A stretch of DNA of 63,921 nt, filler included, from Atractiella rhizophila (lineage: Eukaryota): the NCBI GenBank assembly GCA_021432655.1. It is 5 parts of 5 records of this genome, joined end to end, with 100 filler letters (N's around TTAATTAATTAA, not from the genome) between each part and the next. Parts side by side here need not be neighbours in the genome. Positions count along the whole stretch, not along the records: positions 36,748 to 54,851 come from MU271862.1; positions 54,952 to 62,380 come from MU271876.1; positions 62,481 to 63,921 come from MU271974.1; 2 more parts are not named here. One strand, written 5' to 3'. The position numbers and the translations under genes were made by a program. The notes beneath the pieces were generated by a model. It saw only the letters and a program-made list of their open reading frames with translations. It did not search any database and was not told the DNA's origin. The first letter of the stretch is position 1. Every line of letters starts with the position of its first letter. Positions 52,375 through 63,921 of the stretch are shown here, one piece after another.

Positions 52375-53799
52375 ATGGCCAACGATGCTGAAGACGAGAT
52401 TGTGGGCATATCTCATAGAGTTTCATACGGCGAACTGATGCGGTTGGGCAGTTCGGAGGCGACTCAGACCTGTCCGACGTTGGAGAGGAGGACATTCTGC
52501 CTCAGGCTGAACGCACGCCGACTCCAGGTTTGGAGGATGCTTCTGGTGGAGAAGAATATGGTGACGACTATGTTGCTGAGGATGTGTTTGGGGAGAAGAA
52601 GTGGAGGAAGCCAAAGAAATCTGCGTGCGCCTTCTACTTGTTCCTCTCCTGGATGTGGGTGTTGCAGAAGATTCATGAGATTCCTGTTTGGATTAATTTA
52701 GTTCGAGGAAGAAGAAGGATGTACTTGATGAGCAGGAGGAACCTGTTATTCTGGATCCTGTAGCTCGTGAGTTGTTTGCTGTCTGCCAGCCTAGGATGCT
52801 CAGCATAGCTGACCTATAATGGGATTCAGAGAAGAGGAGAGATTTAGAAGAACGATTGAACGCCATTGTCAAGCCTGCCAAACCTCGAAAGCGAAAGAGA
52901 AAAGAAGGCGAAGATGTGAGCACTCTTCTGTTGCTCTCGAGCGGACTGGTCATTGACAACTTCAACAGGATCTCATGGCGGACGAAGAGGTGTACCGCCT
53001 CAAACAACAGATGCTAGCTGCTGCCTCTACCGATCAGGAGTCAAACGAGGACGGGAAGCCCGCAGTGGCAAAGCTTGCCATGTTGTCTACCGTCGTTGAG
53101 ACTTTGCAGAAGTGAGTAGCTCCTGTCGTATCCAGCAAGTTGATAATTACGTTCATTGCAGAGTCGCACTCCAAGACTCTATCATGGAGGGAGGTGTGCT
53201 TGAGGCGGTCAAGAGGTGGCTTGAACCTCTTCCCGACAAATCTCTTCCCGCTCTGAACATCCAAAAATCCCTATTTGACTTTCTCATGCGGGTCCGTCTC
53301 CCACGAACTCGACGACTCCCTTAGATTGATGTCCCTGACTTAGGTACCAATGGATACACAATCTCTGAAGGGATCCGAACTGGGCAAAGTCATTCTCTTC
53401 TACACCAAATGCAAACGCGTCGAACCAGGGATCAAGCGAATGGCCGACACGCTCCTCACAACCTGGATGCGACCCATCATCCGTCGTTCCGCCACCTACC
53501 GCACCTTACCTATTGCTGAAGCCTCGGAACCAACCTTGGAGCGTTCTCAATCCGTCGCCCGCCGTCGTCTTCCCACCGCCATGATCTCGACCGGCTCTGG
53601 AGACCCGAAAGGAAAGGAGGGCTTGAGAAGGCACGCTGCTATCCCTCAGGCTATCAGCAAGACCTTTAGAATTGCACCACCTAGAATGGTAGCCGACGGT
53701 GCAGAGGTTGAGGGCAAGATCAGGAAGGCAGGAGAGAAGAAGATCAGAATCGTGAAGAGGAAGTTGATGGCACAGCAAAATGAAAGTAGGAGGATGTGA
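52375..53799 (+). CDS. IWS1: Transcription elongation factor Iws1/Spn1
   Basis: [51 protein letters not shown]. Confidence 0.9.
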
Positions 53800-53932
53800 T
53801 TTCTATTGTCTATTTACTTCAACTTCATATGCACACTGACAATGTTACATTTTCAATCATAAACGACTGCACAATGCTAAATAACGTCTACCCAAAACTA
53901 AACAAAACATGTCCGAATATGTCGTATACAAA

Positions 53933-54851
53933 CTACTTGGGAAATGTAGCATCACGTAAAACCACTAAGCGCACATCCAAAGCGTGACACACACTTTCAA
54001 GACTTTCCAACTTGAGCTCCTTCCTGGCGTCACGACGAGGGCCCTTATCACCAGAAACAAGAGTGATCTCTTTAATCAGCTTCTTGCCTCTTAATATTAG
54101 CTCCTCCGCGAACATTGCGCTCGTCTGGGGCATCGCTTCAATCTCCAACGTCTCCAAACCGTCTGGAAGCCTTTGAAACAGAGCTCGTGTGTAGCTCATC
54201 CTTCCACATTTCAGCCTTCTGACCTTCGGCACGTCGAGGATGAGATTGTCCATCGCTGGCGTGGTAGAGTAGGGGTTCGAGGCGAAGGTAAACTCTTCGA
54301 GGTTGTGCAGCTGGCGTAGAGCGAGTCGAAAGTCATGTGTCAGCGAATTGCCAGTCAAGACAGGCAACATGGCGAGGCGAGCGAGGTGGAGGCGCAAAAG
54401 TGTGCTTCTGCAGGCATGAAGAATCGTTGCTAAGATGGGGGTAACGGCGTAGTCTGTCCAAGTGAGGCGTTGGAGAGGAGCTGTTGGGTTATATGAGAGA
54501 GAAGGAGGAAGATTGATCCTGGTGACTGAAAGTTTTTGGAGGTTTGGAAGAGCAAGGCAGTAACCCAAAAGGTTCGTTGAATTGATGAATTCTTTGCGAT
54601 GCTGGAACCCAGTCTCGTCCAAGGAGATCTCGAGCAGATTCTGTGAGAGGGATCGCATGAGCTTGACACAGACATCTTGTTCGATCCCTCGCTTGAAATG
54701 TAGCGTCCGGACGTTAGGGCAAATAGCTAACACACTTTGCCACCTAGAGAGGTGGGCCTCATCCAGTTGATCCAATGGTCTCGGCCCTAGAGAAACGGAA
54801 GATACCCAATGTGTGAGGTAGATCCTACTTTCTAAGGTAGCAGCAAGCTTG
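53933..54851 (-). CDS. LRR/RNI-like (probably F-box) protein, interrupted by spacer
   Basis: 280-aa ORF with CPNVRTLHF, LPNLQKLSV, LHNLEEFTF repeats; a possible N-terminus lies at 54952-55069 across the gap. Confidence 0.6.
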
Positions 54852-54951
54852 NNNNNNNNNNNNNNNNNNNNNNNNNNNNNNNNNNNNNNNNNNNNTTAAT
54901 TAATTAANNNNNNNNNNNNNNNNNNNNNNNNNNNNNNNNNNNNNNNNNNNN
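54852..54951. other. Assembly spacer with TTAATTAATTAA
   Basis: Same 100-bp linker. Confidence 0.95.
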
Positions 54952-55783
54952 ATTTCAATGTTGCCAGAGGAAGATACCCCAGCTCCGTCGTCGAGGAGGA
55001 TAAGGCAGAGCTAAAGGCTCTTTCTATCAAGTTGTTGCACTTGGAGCAGACCTCCACCGATGAGTTCATATCAGAAATGTAGGATTGCTGACTGTTGTGT
55101 TCGAGACTGATCACGTTTTAGCTGCCGGAGCGAACATTGTGAGCTTCCTCAAATAGCGGCTTTGTTGGGTGGACTGGCAGCTCAGGAAGCCATCAAGTTG
55201 ATCACAAGACAATATATCCCCATCAACGGCACCTCTGTTTTCGACGGCATACGATCGATATCACAAGTCATCACATGACCTAATTCAAAACTGCGAACAG
55301 TTTTATGTAATTACTTTCTCTTGGAGGAGAAGATGTGTTAATGAAGGTCATGTTGTTCTATCCCCACCTCAGTTGAGAGTATTCAGACATGTCCATTAAT
55401 AAGGTTGCCAGAGCCAGTTTGCTCCAGTTAAGGTACCTGGTCACCTTGTGCTGACAGCTTTATAATAAGTCTGATTTGGATGGATATCTTTTTTCTGGTA
55501 AGGAGAAGCTTTTTACATACAAACCTGCAAGGAATGGCACAGGAACAAGTGTGGACTCTGTTCAATGAATAATACCCAGTGAAAGCTCACAATGTGAATA
55601 CTATGCCTCTACAATTTCAGCAAAATGGTATCTCATACCGAAGGCCACAGATCTCATGTGCATTGGAAAGATTATTGTGAGAAACAAGGGGAGGCTTGGC
55701 AACATTACAGCACCTTGCCCCAATACTGTGTATTCACAGTGGCATCAACAATTTCCAGAGCCGCTTTTACCTACAGCTACTAA

Positions 55784-55946
55784 TGTCAAGTGTCAGTGTC
55801 CTAAGTCAGACATTAGAGAAGTCTAGAGAGACATACCTAGGAGTAGTTGGGGGTCAATAATGAGCACCAACAGAACTAAACTACAGACATAATGATGACT
55901 CATAAGAGTCATAAGAGATGACCAACACAACACACTACAACTAACA
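55784..55946 (-). mobile_element. Diverged LTR copy, reverse orientation
   Basis: Reverse complement begins TGTTAGTTGTAGTGTGTTG and matches the 58147 LTR to about 55810; left end uncertain; no TSD seen. Confidence 0.75.
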
Positions 55947-57417
55947 AAATGTACTTATTTCTTCAAAGAGACGCCTGCACAGCATCCGCAGCGTCTCTTG
56001 AGTGGAAGCAAATAAAAGTCGGCTTTATCTCCGACGCTGCTCCGGACAGGCCGTTGGGTCCAATAATTCTAAACTCTAACATCTGCAGCTCCACCTTGAC
56101 TCAAGTTGAACTCGGAAGAGAAGTTGTACCTACCTTCGGGCAGTTATAAGTCATGTGATTGAGCTGAGTCCCCTACAACTTGAAAATACGGACCCTGTGA
56201 TCGGAAGCAGTAGTGATTATACTGTAAAGAGTCAGCCCTCACCAATATCAACTCTGTGTCTCAGTCTGCTACACTAATTTGTCGCCTCCTTTCACCAGAA
56301 TGAGATTGTTAGTCACTGCTGGATTTAGCCAATTGCACTAAAATGACCAGTCATTCCCAACAGTGCAGATTAACCCTTTATACCCAAGGTTCAACAGTCA
56401 CCATATCAAAAAAAGAATGCAATGAGGCTGCAAGGAATAGTTTTTCTTCAATGGTGCAGCAAGGTCAGAATGATATTATGGTTGGTGTGCAGCCTTACCA
56501 CTTGATTTTGATCAACAAATGTTAGAGGGTTGATCCTACATATCTATATCTTATATCTTGTTTGGCTCTGAACAGCAAAAACTCATAATAAGGAAGCGAG
56601 TTAAACAACAAAGCAATGCTATTTGCTTTCCAATGTGTGCCTCATGAGATATGAGGCAATTTGTAACAATATATACACCGTTGCATCATGTTGGAGGTGC
56701 TGGGAAGAGGGTGGACAAAGGGATGAGGATAACATCTAAAGGGAAACAAAACAGCATACAACGGTGGATGTTTCGATAATTTGATACTTTAGACATTTGA
56801 TTGTGTCTTAATCAACGTGAATGAATTACAACAAATAATGCTTGATCTATCCTATGTCATAGTAGGTCTCAGATTTCTAGAACACCCTCCTATCAGACCC
56901 TTTAATTTTCTGCCTTCTACAACCTTCTTTGCCTTTCTTCCCTCTCCACCTTCATCACATGCTCCCCAATGTAACCTCATAACAATGTACATCTGATTCG
57001 CCAATGAGAAATCTACATTGCTGATCAATGAAGAAATCTCTCTCCGCTGCTGTGAAGCTGCTTCCAAGGCCTAAGTAGTTGTTTACCTGCTCTTTAATCT
57101 CAATCCACTTTTCCTTCAGCTGCTCCTCAAACAGATGAATCCCAAGTACCTAAAAGTCCTGACGACACCGCTCAATGATTTCATCCGGCCAATTCTCACC
57201 CAATTTCTCCTTCACACTACAATTCCGCCGATTCAGCTCTCCTAGAGATGTACAGGTCGCATCGTCCAAAGGGTTCACACTTCCTGGTACTCGAGTGTGA
57301 TAGTTGTAGAACTGTTTGTCCGAGGGGAAGTATGCAGACTCAGGCTGCACCCACTTTCACTTTCTGAAGATGCCATGGCTGGAATTATACTCTCTACACT
57401 CCTGTGCTGCAAGATAC

Positions 57418-57551
57418 TGTTAGTTGTAGTGTGTTGTTTTGGTTATCTGCCTCTTATGACTCTTATGAGTCATCGCTACGTAGTTTAGTTTGCCTAGGAG
57501 TGTTGGTGCTCATTATTGACCACCAACTACTCCTAGCCTTACATCCTTACA
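57418..57551 (+). mobile_element. Solo LTR (134 bp) with 5-bp TSD GATAC
   Basis: TGTTAG...TTACA flanked by GATAC at 57413-57417 and 57552-57556. Confidence 0.93.
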
Positions 57552-58346
57552 GATACCACTTCTCCACGGCTCCACTCCGCCGTGAGCTAATTGATTCCGT
57601 AGAGTGCCATCAGGAGGCATTCAGAGAGGTCCTAGTTCGTTCAAGCGGAATCTGGGAGGAGAAGGAGGGAGGGAGGGAGAAGTGGATGTGGCAGTGTATG
57701 ATATAGGGCAAGAAGGCTGATTCTGGACCAAACTTGTCACTGGAGTGACCATGCCTTGGGGAAGAGATTCTTCATTTGTAGTCAGACATTGTGACAATAT
57801 TGGAGGAGATATTACCCTTGAACTGGGGAGACTGGCGGAAAGGATTGGGGCAAGAGTGTTAGCTGGATCTGAGGACGACAGATTTGGACCGGCCCATGAT
57901 GAGTCACCAGCCCCTCATCTCGAGTAAATGATTTGTTAACTTACTAGTCTGAACTGAAGAATATAAAAGACAGACCTTGATTATAAAATGAGTGTTGTTC
58001 AGTTGATTCAATGAGTCAGGGAAAACAGCAGCTGAGCCCTCTTCCTACCGTTCTGCAAGCTCCATCCAGCTATCGATACCTAAGCTATGAGCATCCCAGT
58101 CAATGCAAGTACACTTGTTCGGCTACAACAGTTTGGTGATACTATATGTTAGTTGTAGTGTGTTGTTTTGGTCATCTGCCTCTTATGACTCTTATGACTC
58201 GTATGAGTCATCACTATGTAGTTTAGTTCTGCCTAGGAGTGTTGGTGCTCATTATTGACCACCAACCACTCCTAGGTATGTCTCTCTATACTTCTCTAAT
58301 GTGCTTATTATTGACCACCAACCACTCCTAGCCTTAGATCCTTACA

Positions 58347-58360
58347 TGGTAGCGAGAGCT
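58347..58360 (+). other. Primer-binding site TGGTAGCGAGAGCT
   Basis: Starts with TGG (complement of tRNA CCA) directly after the LTR terminal CA; resembles initiator-Met PBS sequences. Confidence 0.75.
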
Positions 58361-58953
58361 GGTGGCTAGGATTACATTTGGTCACACCTATCACCTTCCC
58401 CCTCCTCCAGACCACAATTTTCACCCTCCTACACTCAAATTTCGCTCAATTTCGATGATCAGAACAGATTTGTGACCCTCAAACGTTCCTTTACCACCTT
58501 AGAAGGTTTCTGCCTACTCAGGAATCAAGAAATATCAAAATCTATCACCTTACCACCCATCTCCTGCTTCAAAACGCACTTTGCTGCCCTGGACTCAAAC
58601 TTTGACGAATTTGGACGTTATAGGGCTTATTTTGATCGTGAAACACTGCGCTACAACTTTACTAGGAACCATCTTGGTCACAATAAGCGAAAATTTCGAG
58701 ATAGCCACTCCATCACCTCCTTCATACCCCCAAAACGCATTTTTCGACTTTTTGAAGTCAGATCTGGTTTGATCTGGACAATTTTATTGCCATTGAATTC
58801 ACAATAGGCTATTCTACTATCCTACAACAGATCACCTTGATCAGAAGACTCAAAATTTCGAAATTTGCCACCATCACATCACACACATCAGCCTCTACCT
58901 CCTTTCTCCATCACACCAGTGCATCTTAGGACTCAACCACAGGGTCTAGGAGG

Positions 58954-61900
58954 ATGTTTGGGATGGAAATGGCTCTTAATGGGTTGGAATTTGCTGGGCT
59001 GAACAGTCTTGCTGCAGCAAATGATGTCACTATGCCTCAAGCAAGCCTTGAGTGGATAGCAGACACTGGTGCAACTTCCCACATGTCTCCCCATCGTCAT
59101 TGGTTCAGAACCTATCAGAAGAAGGTCATTCCTATCAGGGTAGCAAGTGGAGAAGTGATTTGGAGTGCTGGAATTGGCAGCTTGATCTTTGAAGCCAAGT
59201 TGGGGGAGAAGAAGACCACCACCATTACCATTTCAGATGTCCTACATGTCCCCAAGCTCTGGAACAACCTCCTGTCAGTCTTCAGGCTCACCATCTACAA
59301 AGGAATGAGGGTCTCCATCAAGCACAACAAGGTTCTCTTCTTCCAGCATCAAAAACTCTGCCTTACTGCCACTGTGGACTACAAGAATGGAAGCATGGCT
59401 GGGATACTTGATGGGAACACCCTTCCTGCTCCAGAATTCGCTGGGAATGCTTCTACACTGCCCATGGATGCTTCTCTATGGCACAGGAGACTTGGACACC
59501 TGAATTATGAGGACATCAAGCGTCTGAAGAGGAAGGAACTTGTGAATGGGATGATTTTTGGACCTAGAGGATGATCCAGACCCTATTTGCGAGCCATGCC
59601 TAGCTGGGAAGCAGCATAGGGTCTTCAACAAGTCAGCAGAGACCAGGGAGAAGGAAGTACTGGGTAGGATCAGCTCAGACCTGCATGGACCTCTTCCAGT
59701 CACTTCCAGAGAAGGATATCGATATTGGGTCACCTTCATCGATGAAGCAACAAATCATTGCACAATTGCTTCCTCAAGAAGAAATCAGAGGCCCCAGAAC
59801 TCTTCAAGACCTTCAAGAATTGGGTAGAGAATGTTACTGGGAAGAAGATCAAGAAGTTTAGAGAGGACAAGGAAGGCGCTTATTCCTCTAAGGAATTCGA
59901 TCAATACCTCAAGGCCTGTGGTATTCAGCGCGAACAGACGATCAGGAACTCTCCTCACCAGAATGGCAGGGCAGAACGAGCCAATAGGACGATTCAGGAG
60001 ACTATGGTCGCCATGTTTGAAGAATCAGGTCTTCCTCTCTTTCTCTGGCCATCTATCGCTTCAGCAGTTGTCCACATTCGCAACAGATCTCCCTCAGCTT
60101 CGATCAACCATGCTATTCCCCACACAAAACTCACTGGACTTACTCCAACCATCTCAAGATTCAGAATCATTGGATGCACTGCCTACGTTCAAGTTCAGAA
60201 GGATGAAAGGCCACACAGCTTAGGATCTCATACACGAAAATGCGCATTTATAGGCTATTCCCTTGCAGCGAAAGGGTGGGAGTTCTGGGATCCTGTTGGA
60301 AAGAAGGTCTACATTCGAGATGTTGCCAGATTTGACGAGAGAGAGATGCTCTGCAAGGTTAGGAAGGAGAAGATTATGTTGGAAGAGCCACAGGGACCAC
60401 TTGATGAGTGGAGGGAGCATCAGGATCAGGTGGGAGATGGACAGAATAATGCTCCAGCCGCTCCTCCAGCCAGGATATCGCTAGACGACAATGAAGAAGA
60501 AGAAGAAGGATGGACTCGACAGCCAGAAGCACCACCTACACCTCAGGGAACAACCCAGACCCCTTGCAATACAGTCTCCAAATCGATTTCAGCCCCTTCA
60601 GGCCGAAGAAGAAGAAGAAGAAGAAGAAAGAGAGCCATCTCCAGATCTGCTANNNNNNNNNNNNNNNNNNNNNNNNNNNNNNNNNNNNNNNNNNNNNNNN
60701 NNTAGGACACCACCTCGTCAGTACACCATGCAGAGAGATCCTTGGACAGGAGTTCACATGCCTAGATTCTCAGAGTCTCCGGATCCGCTCCAGATCCGTC
60801 CAACAACACCAGATCGACCTCCTCCAGCAGCTTCGACACCTCCCCCTGTCACCAGGCCTTCAACAAATTATTCTACGAGTAGAGGACGACCTGTTGACAG
60901 ATTTAGGACCCCAGAAGCGCCTCAAAACAACGACAAAGGGTCGACAGACAAGCTTGGGATGTCGGTAAAGGAATGTGACATCCTCACCGAGCCAGAGGCG
61001 ATGGAATATTGTTAGTTGTAGCGTGTTGTTTTGGTCATCTGCCTAGTATGACTCATATGAGTCATCACTATGTAGTTTAGTTCTGCCTAGGAGTGTTGGT
61101 CATTATTGACCACCAACTACTCCTAGCCTTAGATCCCTACAAATATGGCTATATGCTTGTCACAGAGCATGCCAAGAGTGCAGCAACAGGAGTAGAGGTC
61201 CCTCAGTCATATTCAAGAACGATGGCAAGCCCTAATGCAAAGGAATGGCATGAAGCAACAGTGAAGGAGATTCAATCTCACTTGGACAACAAGAGTTGGA
61301 TTCTGGTCAAACCGCCTAAAGGTGCAAAAATCATTGGTTCTCGATGGGTGTTTGCGGTTAAGAAGAAGTCAGATGGTTCTATTGAGCGCTTCAAGGCCAG
61401 ATTCGTCATCAAGGGGTTCTCTCAACGCCCTGGTTCGACTACTTTGATACTTTCACATCTACAGTCAAATGGGCGACACTTACGACGATTCTTTCACTCG
61501 CTTGTGTCTTGGACATGGAGTTGGAGTCAGTGGATATCTCTACGGCATTCCTCAACAGCAATATGGATGCAGAGGTCTATGCACAACAACCAGAAGGACA
61601 TCCACAGGGTCCTCCAGAGTACGTTCTCAAGCTAATCAAGGCCATCTATGGCACAAGGCAAGGAGGACGTCAATGGCAGAAGAAACTCGATAAGGAACTC
61701 ATTGATATGGGATTTAAGAAGATCAAGAGCGACTCTAGTCTGTAGATTTACTCGAAGGGGGACATCAAAGTGCTTGTCCCAGTCTTTGTGGATGATATTA
61801 CGATCGCTAGCACATCAAAGGGTGCTGTAGAGGACTTTAAGAGAGAGTTGGGGAAACGATTCAAGCTCAGAGACCGTGGACCAACGGAATTCCTACTTGG

Positions 61901-62380
61901 GGTTCACATTAGGAGGGATAGAAAGCGAAGGATGATGTGGTTGGATCAAGAACAGTATGTTAAGGACCTCCTAGAACGCCAATAGATGGACGACTGCAAC
62001 CCTGTCCTCACTCCACTCAACGTTGGACACGGTCTCAGCAAACAGGACTGCCCTCAGACAAAGGAAGAACAAGAAGAAATGCCCACAATCCCTTACAGCA
62101 ACGTTGTTGGCTCCATGATGTACTTGGCCATCTCCACTTGTCCAGATATCGCTCATGCAGTCTCTGTCCTCGGAAAATACCTCTCTAACCCAGGAAAGAA
62201 GCACTGGGAAGCGGCCAAGCATCTTCTACGATACCTCAAGGGCACTCAGAACTTAGGAATTGAGTATTCTGCAGCTGGTTTTGACCTCAAGCAACCTTTT
62301 CACGCCTTCTGCGATGCAGATTTTGCTGGGTGCAAGGATACTGGACGTTCTACGGGAGGCTATCTCCTCAAGATAGGCAA
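58954..62380 (+). pseudogene. Copia pol pseudogene
   Basis: Protease WIADTGATSHM; LWHRRLGH...CEPCLAGKQ; integrase SDLHGP, FIDE, SPHQNGRAERANRT; RT GSRWVF, RFKARFV, FVDDI; RNase H FCDADFAG; several frameshifts, in-frame stops and a nested solo LTR. Confidence 0.92.
61010..61141 (+). mobile_element. Solo LTR (132 bp) nested in pol, TSD AATAT
   Basis: TGTTAG...CTACA flanked by AATAT at 61005-61009 and 61142-61146. Confidence 0.93.
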
Positions 62381-62480
62381 NNNNNNNNNNNNNNNNNNNN
62401 NNNNNNNNNNNNNNNNNNNNNNNNTTAATTAATTAANNNNNNNNNNNNNNNNNNNNNNNNNNNNNNNNNNNNNNNNNNNN
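62381..62480. other. Assembly spacer with TTAATTAATTAA
   Basis: Same 100-bp linker. Confidence 0.95.
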
Positions 62481-62918
62481 ATCACCGAGTAAGCTGCTTC
62501 CATATCCCTTATGAGATTCGAATACTCAAGGTGCATACAAAGCTACTGCTTCGTGATACCTCAACTTATCGGTAGCACCTACCTCCTCTTCGAAGCAACT
62601 CAACTGCCCTCCCGTGCTTCCAACTCGAAATCAAGGGCACATCACCGGATGCCTTCGAATTCGAGTTCAAGAGCGCCAACAAAAGCGGACGAGAATGTAT
62701 CGATCGTCAATCTCTCTGACCTTACACGCACGCAAAGCCGTTCGTCAATGCGTAGTTTGGTAGAGAATATGAAGAAGATGGGAGGGATGGGGACGGGAAA
62801 GCAGGAGGAGGCGGAGGTGGAGGAATGTATAAGGGTTTCTGTTCATGAGGCGGAGGAGAGTCAGAAACCTATGGTCTGGCGTGAAGGCAGGCCTTCAACG
62901 TGGCGTTCCAATGGCTGA
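62481..62918 (+). CDS. 3' fragment of a hypothetical protein
   Basis: 135-aa open frame right after the gap with a hydrophobic stretch and low-complexity tail; family not recognised. Confidence 0.35.
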
Positions 62919-63142
62919 AGTTGAACGTTGATCGGTGACAACTGGTGGCATTCGTTTCAACCTTCGTTTGTTGGGGTTTTTGTGTTTTAGTACTGTTGTG
63001 TTGTTCACAATTTGACGTTCAAGAACGTCCATGCTTCAGTCCCATAAGTTATGCACAATTCGATGTGTCCATGTCGTTTCATTTGCAAGTGAAGTAAGAA
63101 GATCCACACTGCATACATTCCCTCGACCTGAACAAGGGACAC

Positions 63143-63921
63143 TTATCGCTTCCCTCCTCTAACTTTTCCTCTTCCTCTCCCTCCTCCACCTCTCCCTCGG
63201 CCTCTTGATCCTCTAGCCATCTTCCTATCCCAATCCCTCATGCTTTCTTTGTTATTTTCCTTACTCCTCGAATTATTGCTCTTCCCACCGAACCCATACT
63301 TATCGTCTCTCTTCTTCCTTGATAAACCACCTCTTCCACCACCTCCCCTTCCACGGTCTGAATTTGGTTTACCGCGTTTCGAAGGACGGTCGAAAGTCTT
63401 TTCGAGCTCAACATCGAAGTCTTCATCGCCTCCAGTAGCGCCAGCAAGGTCGGTGCCCTTCCGCTTCCGCTTCAACTCCTTAACGCGATCAGTGAACGCC
63501 TTCTTTTCCGATTGTCGCTCCTGCAATACGAAACATGGACCATGAGTACACAACGGACTAGACGATGAGGAGGAGGGGAAGAAAAGAGAAAGGAAAGACG
63601 GACCTTCTCTTTCGCCTTCTGAACCTCCTTCCCAAACTTCTTCGCCATCCTCAACCTCTTCGCCTCCTCGCTCCTCTTCACCCCTTCTTTCTCCTCCTCC
63701 AACCTCCTCCTCACCTTCCCCATCTGTACATCCGTCTTAACCATCTCCGCAAAGAAGTCGTCCGGTCTAGTGAACGGGATGTCTTGCTCTTTGCACAGCT
63801 GTCGACCAGCTAGAGCTCCGGCTAGAGAGGCGCGGTAGAAGGAGAGTTCCCGGGCGAGGTCATCGTCGACGGATAGGTTGGGTGGCAAGGCGGAGGAGGA
63901 TGTGAGGATGTGGGTATCCCG
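63143..63921 (-). CDS. EBP2: rRNA-processing protein Ebp2, 5' part outside window
   Basis: VDDDLARELSFY, PFTRPDDFFAEMVKTD, KKFGKEVQ, KRDDKYGFGGK. Confidence 0.92.

Larger units (their letters stand above)
58147..62380 (+). mobile_element. Ty1/copia LTR retrotransposon, degenerate, 3' end lost in gap
   Basis: 5' LTR 58147-58346 (TG...CA), PBS immediately after it, pol domain order PR-INT-RT-RNaseH. Confidence 0.92.

Noticed and set aside
56852..57930. Minus-strand ORF fragments around the 57418 solo LTR
   Set aside because: Possibly a decayed gene, but no family is recognisable and stops are frequent; not supportable as a feature
57418..61141. LTR repeats as a CRISPR-like array, or 58147/61010 as a paired 5'/3' LTR
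   Set aside because: Eukaryotic TG...CA repeats with their own TSDs; the 61010 copy has AATAT on both sides and pol continues past it

Overview
Intron-rich fungal genomic DNA. Short GT-AG introns of about 50-70 nt, many micro-exons and the protein sequences point to a basidiomycete; a Pucciniomycotina-like lineage is an inference only. The window is several contigs joined by 100-bp spacers (44 N + TTAATTAATTAA + 44 N, at 18397, 36648, 54852 and 62381) plus two plain N gaps, so gene adjacency across these joins is unproven. Recognisable genes: CDK1, a SnoaL/NTF2-like protein, a secreted glycerophosphodiesterase, SYF1, an F-box/WD40 protein, SPT16, RPB7, TAF9 (partial), alcohol oxidase, SRP receptor beta, two secreted lactonase-family paralogs, an EamA transporter (partial), a PPIE-like RRM protein, a Ca2+/H+ exchanger (partial), two F-box/LRR-like proteins, ADE12, RPL31, PDA1, MET8, a PKA-like kinase, IWS1 and EBP2 (partial). 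A decayed Ty1/copia element and several related LTRs occupy 55.8-62.4 kb. Best leads: (i) a GW/WG-repeat + RRM + RG protein resembling an Argonaute-hook adaptor; (ii) an LTR carrying an apparent spliceosomal intron that is precisely absent from neighbouring solo LTRs; (iii) two unusually long, stem-rich introns that may host ncRNAs, one containing a 1.5-repeat TTAGGG template; (iv) a TpA-rich, stop-riddled tract resembling CpA-type RIP, contrasting with CpG-depleted transposon DNA. Exon boundaries were read by eye and no database search was possible.
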